A stretch of 64,000 bases of DNA from Bradymonadia bacterium. GTDB lineage: Bacteria > Myxococcota_A > Bradymonadia > UBA7976 > UBA1532. The notes under the pieces are model-generated. The model searched no databases and had not been told where the DNA came from. It worked only from the letters and a program-made list of their open reading frames with translations. Position 1 is the first letter of the stretch, and each line of letters opens with the position of its first letter. Shown here piece by piece: positions 57,199 through 64,000 of the stretch. The stretch is from the NCBI GenBank assembly GCA_046290225.1, contig JBKAGE010000075.1:160001-224000 (forward strand). The letters are read 5' to 3'. The position numbers were made by a program, and so were the translations under genes.

Positions 57199-57645
57199 AT
57201 GCTCACTGCGATGATTGCTCAGCGACCTGAACTCTATACAGCCGTCGGTGGTCACGAAGGGCTGACCTCGATCATCACCGACTTCTACGACCGGCTCTTC
57301 GATGACGTCATGATCGGCTTCATGTTCCTCGGCCGGGACAAGGCGCGGTTGATCAAGCACGAGGTGCAGTTCACCGCCCGCATGCTCGGTGCCGAAGTGT
57401 CCTACGAGGGTCAGCCGGTGGTGAAGGCCCACGCCCGCCTGCCGATCATGGGCGGGCAGTTCAACCGACGCCTGCGCATCCTCGAAGACACGCTCGAAGA
57501 CCACGCCGTGCCCGAGGCCGTGCGCCAGGTGTGGCTCGGTCACACGGAGAGGCTGCGGGGGGCCATCCTCGGGAAGGGGGTCCACCCCGATCGTTGCAGC
57601 CACGACGCTCAGGCCGCCCGTGTGCGTGGAGATGGCGATTCATGA
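57199..57645 (+). CDS. Group I truncated hemoglobin
   Basis: LYTAVGG, DFYDRLFDD, FMF, YEGQPVVKAH (proximal His). Confidence 0.85.
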   Translation: MLTAMIAQRPELYTAVGGHEGLTSIITDFYDRLFDDVMIGFMFLGRDKARLIKHEVQFTARMLGAEVSYEGQPVVKAHARLPIMGGQFNRRLRILEDTLEDHAVPEAVRQVWLGHTERLRGAILGKGVHPDRCSHDAQAARVRGDGDS

Positions 57646-58160
57646 CGCCTATGGGGCCTCGCCATCGTTTCAGCTCCGGGACTCGCCGGGCAGTGCAGGC
57701 CCTCGTCGAGGCTGTAGGGCCTCCAGGCATGTCGGCGACAGAAGTGACCTCCGTCGTCAGGCGTCTGGAAGACCTCATCGGCCATTTCCCCTGGTACATG
57801 CGTCGGGGGCTGGTGCTCGGCATCTGGTTGCTGCAGTGGGGTGGTCCGCTGATGGGGTGGAGGCTCAGGCCTCTGAGCGCCTTGAGCCCCGAGGCTCGGG
57901 TTCGGCGGCTGCGCAAAGTGCTCTACAGCCGTCTGCGCCCCATTCGGTTGCTCTTCACCTCGCTCAAGGTGCTCATCAGCCTCGGGGTGTACTCCGAGGC
58001 CAGCATCGAGGCCCGTATGGGGGTCGATCGTCGAGGTTGGCGCCTGGCGAGGAAGAAGTTCCGTGAGGCGTTGTTGCAGGCCGACGTCGGCCGTCAGCTG
58101 CCACCGACACCGGAGCCTCTGGGTACGGAGCACGTCTCACCTGAGGGCTATTTGTCGTGA
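57642..58160 (+). CDS. Hypothetical GMC-oxidoreductase partner (gluconate dehydrogenase subunit 3-like)
   Basis: LSALSPEARVRRL...LKVLISLGVYS pattern; overlaps both neighbours by 4 nt. Confidence 0.6.
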   Translation: MTPMGPRHRFSSGTRRAVQALVEAVGPPGMSATEVTSVVRRLEDLIGHFPWYMRRGLVLGIWLLQWGGPLMGWRLRPLSALSPEARVRRLRKVLYSRLRPIRLLFTSLKVLISLGVYSEASIEARMGVDRRGWRLARKKFREALLQADVGRQLPPTPEPLGTEHVSPEGYLS

Positions 58161-59683
58161 GCGCCTTCGCCCCCGAGCCACCCCCCATCGAAGATCTCGA
58201 CCAGCTGCCCGGTGACGATCGCCACACCCTCCACTGCGACGTCGTGGTGGTGGGCAGCGGGGCAGGGGGCGGTGCCGCCGCCGCCGCCCTCGCTGAAGCG
58301 GGCTTGACGGTCACCATCGTAGAGGAAGGCGGCCACCACGACACCGAGGCCTACTCTGCCGACGTATTGCAGATGATGGGGCGAATCCTGCGGGACGGCG
58401 GTTCCACGTTCATCGCCGGCAAGGCGCCGATCCCATACCTCGAAGGGTGCTGTGTCGGCGGCACCACGGTGGTGAATGGCGGCATGTGCTGGCGTACCCC
58501 GGAGAAGATCCTCGACGGGTGGGTGCAAGACTTCGGCCTCGAACAGCTCAGCCCCGAGGCGATGTCGCCCCTCTTCGACGAGGTCGAGGCCACCATCAAC
58601 GCTCGGCAGCAGGATCCCGGCAGCCAGGGAGGCAACAACGAAGTCTTCCGGCAGGGTGCAGAGCGAAAGGGCTGGCGGCTCTCGGTGAATCGTCGCAATC
58701 AGGTGCATTGCGTCGGCAGCAACGAGTGCGTGAGCGGCTGCCCATCAGGGGCCAAGCAGAGCAGCCTGCAGTCGTGGCTGCCTCGGGCAGGCAGGGCAGG
58801 GGCCAGAGTGCTGGCCCACAGCAAAGTAGAGAAGGTGCTCATCGAAGGCGGCCGGGCGGCAGGTGTCATGGGACGCAGCCGATGGCGAAAACGACCCTTC
58901 ACCATCAAGGCCCGAGCGGTGGTGATGGCCTGCGGCGCCGTACACACCCCCGTAGCATTGCTCAAGAACAAGATCGGTCGTCGCAGCGGTCAGGTGGGCC
59001 GCCACTTCACGTGTCACCCCAACGTGAAGCTGTTCGCCCGCTTCGACACACCAGTGGATTCAGCTCGAGGCACTCACCAGGCCTACCAGTGCACCGAGTT
59101 CGAGTCAGAGGGCATTCTCCTGGCCCCGGGCTCACTGCCGCTGCCCTTCATGTCGATGATCTTCTCCCACGACTTCGGTGAGAGCCTCGAGGCGAGACTC
59201 GAAGCACAACGCTACATGTTCCTCGGGGGCATCCTGGTGGAAGACTCCTCTGCAGGGCGGATCTCCACCCTCATGGGCCAGCCGCGGGTACGGTACGACG
59301 TGCAGCCTTTAGATCAGCAGAGGTTCATCAGGGGTGTGTGCATGTTCGCGGAGATGCTCTTCGACGTGGGCGCCCGTGAGGTCTACACCCCGTTCTTCCA
59401 CATGCCGGTGTTGAAGTCTCCTGACGACATCGCCCGCCTCAAGGCCCTCGAGCCCAAGGTGAAGGACACGGAGTACTTCACCGCCCACCTGATGGGCAGC
59501 TGCCGGATGCACAGCGATCCCCGTCAGGGCGTCGTGGGCCCCGATGGTCAGTGCTTTGATCTGCCGGGCCTGTACCTCGCCGACGCCAGCGTGATGCCCG
59601 GCCCTGTGGGGGTGAACCCGCAGGTGACCATCATGGCCTTGTCGCTGCTCATCGCGCGGCAGGTTGCAGAGGCGCTGGCCTGA
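58157..59683 (+). CDS. GMC family FAD oxidoreductase
   Basis: VVGSGAGG, GCCVGGTTVVNG, CVGSNECVSGC, AHLMGSCRM, DASVMP..GVNPQVTIMA. Confidence 0.93.
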   Translation: MSAFAPEPPPIEDLDQLPGDDRHTLHCDVVVVGSGAGGGAAAAALAEAGLTVTIVEEGGHHDTEAYSADVLQMMGRILRDGGSTFIAGKAPIPYLEGCCVGGTTVVNGGMCWRTPEKILDGWVQDFGLEQLSPEAMSPLFDEVEATINARQQDPGSQGGNNEVFRQGAERKGWRLSVNRRNQVHCVGSNECVSGCPSGAKQSSLQSWLPRAGRAGARVLAHSKVEKVLIEGGRAAGVMGRSRWRKRPFTIKARAVVMACGAVHTPVALLKNKIGRRSGQVGRHFTCHPNVKLFARFDTPVDSARGTHQAYQCTEFESEGILLAPGSLPLPFMSMIFSHDFGESLEARLEAQRYMFLGGILVEDSSAGRISTLMGQPRVRYDVQPLDQQRFIRGVCMFAEMLFDVGAREVYTPFFHMPVLKSPDDIARLKALEPKVKDTEYFTAHLMGSCRMHSDPRQGVVGPDGQCFDLPGLYLADASVMPGPVGVNPQVTIMALSLLIARQVAEALA

Positions 59684-59749
59684 CTCTGCAGCTGCCTGGC
59701 AGCAAACCCACCGACACCGTCAAATCCCCCACGACCACGCCAGAAACTC

Positions 59750-59856
59750 GTCAGTGTCTTGACGTCTTTATTTCGGTGTTGAGTGCTCTTTATTTCGGTG
59801 TGCCTAGTGTTTTCAGTTGATTGTATGTGGTTTGTTCGGCTGGCACACCCCCTGCT
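59750..59856 (+). promoter_or_regulatory. sigma54 promoter of flgF with upstream enhancer-like palindrome
   Basis: TGGCAC-N5-CTGCT at 59841-59856 (GG-N10-GC); GTCA-N6-TGAC at 59750-59763; AT-rich spacer. Confidence 0.7.
59765..59801 (+). repeat. 15-bp perfect direct repeat
   Basis: TCTTTATTTCGGTGT at 59765 and 59787 (22-bp period). Confidence 0.85.
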
Positions 59857-59902
59857 CTAGGACTCCCCGTCAGATTTTTCCCTGCGCTTGACGGAGGCTG
59901 TG

Positions 59903-60682
59903 ATGGCCAGCGGCATTTACACATCCATGACGGGAGCCATGGCCCAGGAGCGGGCCCTCGAGAGTGTCAGCCACAACCTGGCCAACGCCCTCACTCCCGG
60001 CTTCAAGCGTCAACAGGACACCTTCGAGGCGATCCGGACCGAGGTGGAGGGGCGCATCTCTGATCCCGAGCAGGCCCCAGGGGTGCCCGAGCCCAAGCGG
60101 GAGCTCCTCGAAGATCGCATCGGCGCCAGCCACAACGCCCGGCACACCCTCTGGGCTCAGGGCGCTCTCAAGAAGACCGACAACACCCTCGACGTGGCCC
60201 TCGCCGGTGGCGGGCTCTTCGAGGTGCAGAGCCCCGATGGTCAACCGCGCTACACCCGCAACGGCGCCCTCACCTTGAGGCCCGATGGCACCCTGGTCAG
60301 TCACCAGGGGCTGCCCATCATCGACGCCAGCGGGGGCACGATTCAGATCCCCGACGACGCCAAGGACATCTCCATCACCCTCGAAGGCAAGATCACCAGC
60401 CAGGGCGATGAGATCGGTCAGCTGAAGGTGGTGAAGTTCGATGCCCCACAGGATCTGATCCGAGAGGGCGGCAGCTTGTACAGCGCCCCTCAGGGGGCCA
60501 ACCCTCAGGCAGACACCGGCACCCAGGTCATCCAGGGGCGGCTGGAGCAGTCCACCGTGAACGCCATCAGCTCCATGACGCAGATGATCCGCACGCAGCG
60601 GGTCTTCGACTTCAACACCAAGGCGATCCAGACCTATCAGCAGATGGACAGCCAGGCGGCCACCGACATCGCCAGGCCCTGA
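59903..60682 (+). CDS. flgF: Flagellar basal-body rod protein FlgF
   Basis: SHNLANALTPGFKR, QGALKKTDNTLDVAL, YTRNG, QGRLEQSTVN; precedes flgG. Confidence 0.9.
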   Translation: MASGIYTSMTGAMAQERALESVSHNLANALTPGFKRQQDTFEAIRTEVEGRISDPEQAPGVPEPKRELLEDRIGASHNARHTLWAQGALKKTDNTLDVALAGGGLFEVQSPDGQPRYTRNGALTLRPDGTLVSHQGLPIIDASGGTIQIPDDAKDISITLEGKITSQGDEIGQLKVVKFDAPQDLIREGGSLYSAPQGANPQADTGTQVIQGRLEQSTVNAISSMTQMIRTQRVFDFNTKAIQTYQQMDSQAATDIARP

Positions 60683-60735
60683 GGCCCGAGCGGCACTGAA
60701 AGCGGGTCCTGAACGGATCCTGAAAGGACTCGACC

Positions 60736-61521
60736 ATGTTGAGATCACTCCACTCCGCCGCCACGGGCATGAAGGCCCAGCAGACCTTCATCGACGTGAC
60801 CTCGAACAACCTCGCCAACGTGAACACCACGGGGTTCAAGCGGTCCCGGGTGAACTTCCAGGATCTGATGTACCAGACCCAGGACGCTCCGGGGGCCGAC
60901 GTGGCTCAGGGCGTGCGCAAGCCCACGGGCATTCAGGTGGGCAATGGTGTCCGGACCGGCAGCGTGCAGAAAGAGTTCGGCGACGGCGCGGTGCGGGTCA
61001 CCAACAACGCCACCGACATCCGCATCGTGGGTCAGGGCTTCTTTCGCGTGCAGTTGCCCAACGGCCAGGGCTTCGCCTACACCCGGGACGGCGCCTTTCA
61101 GCGCAACGAGCAGGGCCAGCTCGTCACCTCTGGTGGCTACTTGCTCGATCCCCCCATCACAGTCGGGGTGGACGCGGTCTCGGTGAGCATCGGCGAAGAC
61201 GGCGTGGTGAGCACCCAGCTCGCCAACGGCCAGAACGTCAATGCCGGTACTATTCAGACCGCCTCCTTCGTGAACCCCGCGGGCCTCAAGGCCATGGGGG
61301 GCAACCTGTTCCAAGAGAGCCCCGCCAGTGGGAACGCCCAGCAGGGCACCCCAGGCACTCCGGGCTTCGGGGTGCTGCAGTCCGGAGCCCTCGAGATGTC
61401 CAACGTCACCGCCGTGGAGGAGATGATCTCGCTCATCACCGCCCAGCGGGCCTTCGAGTTCAACAGCAAGTCGGTTCAGGCCTCGGATCAGATGCTCCGA
61501 GAGCTGAGCAACCTGCGCTGA
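60736..61521 (+). CDS. flgG: Flagellar distal rod protein FlgG
   Basis: MLRSLHSAATGM, SNNLANVNTTGFK, FQDLMYQ, YTRDG, LEMSNV..EEM..LITAQRAFEFNSK. Confidence 0.96.
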   Translation: MLRSLHSAATGMKAQQTFIDVTSNNLANVNTTGFKRSRVNFQDLMYQTQDAPGADVAQGVRKPTGIQVGNGVRTGSVQKEFGDGAVRVTNNATDIRIVGQGFFRVQLPNGQGFAYTRDGAFQRNEQGQLVTSGGYLLDPPITVGVDAVSVSIGEDGVVSTQLANGQNVNAGTIQTASFVNPAGLKAMGGNLFQESPASGNAQQGTPGTPGFGVLQSGALEMSNVTAVEEMISLITAQRAFEFNSKSVQASDQMLRELSNLR

Positions 61522-61529
61522 GGGGTGGG

Positions 61530-62480
61530 ATGATGCGCCTCGCTCTCATGATCGCCGTGTGTGGGTTTTTGCCTTTGGTGGCCCACGGCGCACCGACAGT
61601 GACGGTCCGAGAGACCGCACAAATCACCGCGCCTCGCATCAAGCTCGGCGCCGTGGCGCGGCTGTCGGGGCTCAACCGCACGGACCGTGCGCGCATGGCG
61701 CAGATCGATCTCGGCCCGGCGCCCAAGCCGGGGCTCAACCGGGTGCTCACCTCGGCCTATCTGAAGACCCGCCTCGCCGGTCGTACCCGAGGGGCGAAGG
61801 TGAAGCTGCCCTCGCGGCTGGTCATCACCCGGGGCACTCGCACCCTCAAGGCCACGGGGCTGTCGGCCACCATCAGGGCCAGGATCGAAGAGGCCATGCC
61901 CCACGATCTCGCCGACGTGGCCGAGGTCCGGGTGGGGCCCTTGAGCGACGCCACGGTCCCCGGCGGTACCCGAACGGTGGTGGTGCTCCCCGAGGAGAGC
62001 GACTACCGCGGTGTGGTCCCCGTGAAGGTGGAGCATCACCTCGGCGACGGCCAGGTGCGCACGCTCCACGTGGAGGCCTTCGTCGATTTGTACGTGAACA
62101 CCTGGCAGGCCGGCGTGGCGTTGCAGGCGGGGGAGATTGTCGCCGAAGATGCTCTGCGCTCGGTGCGGGTGCCGTCGAGCACGCTGCCCCGAGATCATGC
62201 CGAGGGGGCCGACGAGATCGTCGGCGCCCGCCTCACCGCGCACATGAAGCCCGGCGATGTGTTCCAGCGGGGCCGACTCAAGGCACCCCCCATGGTGCGT
62301 CGGGGTGATCGGGTGCGCCTGAGGGTGCGCCGAGGGATCCTCGAGGTCTCTGCGTGGGGCGAGATGCTCAGCTACGAGGGGGCCCGAGGGGCTCAGGTGC
62401 AGGTGCGCAACCTCGCCAGCAACACCCTGGTCTATGGTCGGGTCGCGGCCCCCGGTGAAGTCATCGTGGGAGGTCAGTGA
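61530..62480 (+). CDS. flgA: Flagellar P-ring formation chaperone FlgA
   Basis: Signal peptide, SAF-like region, PPMVRRGDRV...VQVRNLAS; between flgG and flgH. Confidence 0.88.
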   Translation: MMRLALMIAVCGFLPLVAHGAPTVTVRETAQITAPRIKLGAVARLSGLNRTDRARMAQIDLGPAPKPGLNRVLTSAYLKTRLAGRTRGAKVKLPSRLVITRGTRTLKATGLSATIRARIEEAMPHDLADVAEVRVGPLSDATVPGGTRTVVVLPEESDYRGVVPVKVEHHLGDGQVRTLHVEAFVDLYVNTWQAGVALQAGEIVAEDALRSVRVPSSTLPRDHAEGADEIVGARLTAHMKPGDVFQRGRLKAPPMVRRGDRVRLRVRRGILEVSAWGEMLSYEGARGAQVQVRNLASNTLVYGRVAAPGEVIVGGQ

Positions 62481-63202
62481 TGATGCGCCGTCTACAGTGG
62501 GCCGCTCTTGCGGTGGCCACCGTCGCAGGGGGCCTCGTGGCTTGCGGGCCCAACCACATCAACGCCTACACGCCCAAGCAGCGGCCCTACACGTTTCTCG
62601 AGGAGCCCGAGCGCGGCAACAACAGCGCAGGATCGCTGTGGAGCCCCAACAGTGGGGTCAACGACGCCGTAGCCGACAACCGGGCTCAGCGAGTGGGCGA
62701 CGTGGTCATCGTCACCATCGAAGAGTCAGCGAGCGCCACCCAGGATACGGCCCTGAGCACCTCGAAGGCCACGGAGCGGACCGCCAACGTGCGGGCGTTT
62801 CTGGGGTTGATGCAGCAGCTGAGGACCAACAACGGCTTCATCGAGCAGATCGGCGACGAGGGGCAGCTCATCAACCTGGCCAGCGACAGCAGCTTCGAAG
62901 GCAGTGGGAGTGGCAGCCGGAACCAGCAGATGAGCGCCACGGTGCCCGCCATCGTCAAGAAGGTGAACGCCCGGGGCAACCTGCTCTTCGTGGAAGGCCA
63001 CCGCACGCTGCTGGTGAACAACGAGGAGCACCACTTCTACATCAGCGGGGTGGTGCGGAAGAACGACATCAACAACCTCAACCAGATCAGCTCGACCGAG
63101 ATGGCCGACGCCCAGATCGAGTTCACCGGCCGCGGGGCCATGAGCGACGGCGTCGACAAGGGCTGGTTCACCCGGACCATGGACTACATCTGGCCCTTCT
63201 GA
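62477..63202 (+). CDS. flgH: Flagellar L-ring lipoprotein FlgH
   Basis: Lipobox LVAC, GSLW, DNRAQRVGDVVIVTIEE, ISGVVR..DI...N.I.S..MADA. Confidence 0.94.
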   Translation: MMMRRLQWAALAVATVAGGLVACGPNHINAYTPKQRPYTFLEEPERGNNSAGSLWSPNSGVNDAVADNRAQRVGDVVIVTIEESASATQDTALSTSKATERTANVRAFLGLMQQLRTNNGFIEQIGDEGQLINLASDSSFEGSGSGSRNQQMSATVPAIVKKVNARGNLLFVEGHRTLLVNNEEHHFYISGVVRKNDINNLNQISSTEMADAQIEFTGRGAMSDGVDKGWFTRTMDYIWPF

Positions 63203-63228
63203 GGGCTGCCTGAAGAGAGCGCGAGACG

Positions 63229-64000
63229 ATGCACCACCTCATCCGAGCCATCCTGATCATCAGCGCCGTCCTGGCCACGGCGATGCCCGCTGCCCACAGC
63301 GCCCGCATCAAGGAGCTGGTGGAGATCGGCGGCGTGCGCCCCAACCAGCTGCGGGGCATCGGCCTGATCACCGGCCTCAACGGCACTGGCGACACTGAGC
63401 AGACCCTGATGGCGAACCAGGCCCTGGCGAGCCAGATGGCCAAGTACGGCATCCGCCTCGAAGCGGCGGTGCGTACCCAGAACGTGGCCTTTGTGATGGT
63501 GACCGCAGAGCTGCCCCCCTTCAGCCGCCCGGGGAACCGCCTCGACATCAAGGTGAGCAGCGTGGGCGACGCCAGCAGCCTCGAAGGGGGTGAGCTGATG
63601 CACGCCGCCCTGCGGGGACACGATGGTCAGGTCTACGTGGTGGCCGCAGGGCCTGTCTCCGTGGGCGGCTACTCGGTCACGGGCCCTGGGGGCAACAGCG
63701 AGACCCGGAACCACCCCACCGTAGGCCGCGTGCCCCGAGGTGGCATTGTGGAGCGGGGCGTGTCCACGGACTTCGTGGACCAGAAAAAGATCACCCTGCA
63801 GCTCAAGCGGGCCGACTTCACCACCGCCGCTCGCATCAGCAAAGTCATCAACAGTGAGTTTGGCAGCGCGAAGGTGGCGAAGGCCCTCGACTCTGGCACC
63901 GTGCAGGTCGAAATCCCCGGCGGCTATAAGCACCGCGCCGTGGAGTTCATGGCCATCATGGAGCGCCTGGAGGTCAGCCCTGACGCCAAGGCCAAGGTGG
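63229..64000 (+). CDS. flgI: Flagellar P-ring protein FlgI (partial, runs off the window)
   Basis: Hand translation: ARIKELVEIGGVRPNQLRGIGLITGLNGTGD, NVAFVMVTAELPPF, GDASSLEGG, DFTTAARI. Confidence 0.95.
   Translation, partial: MHHLIRAILIISAVLATAMPAAHSARIKELVEIGGVRPNQLRGIGLITGLNGTGDTEQTLMANQALASQMAKYGIRLEAAVRTQNVAFVMVTAELPPFSRPGNRLDIKVSSVGDASSLEGGELMHAALRGHDGQVYVVAAGPVSVGGYSVTGPGGNSETRNHPTVGRVPRGGIVERGVSTDFVDQKKITLQLKRADFTTAARISKVINSEFGSAKVAKALDSGTVQVEIPGGYKHRAVEFMAIMERLEVSPDAKAKV

Overview
High-GC chromosomal window from a deltaproteobacterial, Myxococcota-like bacterium. The taxonomy is inferred from a MYXO-CTERM-like tail, a TIGR04551-like barrel, HEAT/TPR and Ser/Thr kinase genes, and the gene order. 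Most of it is core genome: an ABC-F ATPase, nhaA, a dcw cluster (mraZ-rsmH-ftsL-ftsI-murE-murF-mraY-ftsW-murG-ddl-ftsQ-ftsA-ftsZ, lacking murD/murC/murB), argH, envelope genes (AsmA-like, LptD-like, AMIN), dnaE, ihfB, a GT2/DUF2064/Crp/folC operon, an 11-kb run of mostly uncharacterised genes, a truncated globin-GMC oxidase operon and the start of a sigma54-type flgFGAHI operon. I see no tRNA, rRNA, CRISPR array, prophage or transposase. The most unusual signals are non-coding. (1) A c-di-GMP-I riboswitch precedes an outer-membrane barrel gene, which is followed by a hand-folded five-way-junction RNA candidate and a terminator. (2) A ~455-nt irregular long hairpin with branched side stems lies between dnaE and the AsmA gene. 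(3) Three DnaA boxes are flanked by MraZ-type repeats upstream of the dcw cluster. (4) A SoxR/MerR-like operator precedes an unknown secreted protein. All protein and RNA calls come from motif recognition by eye; no searches were run.
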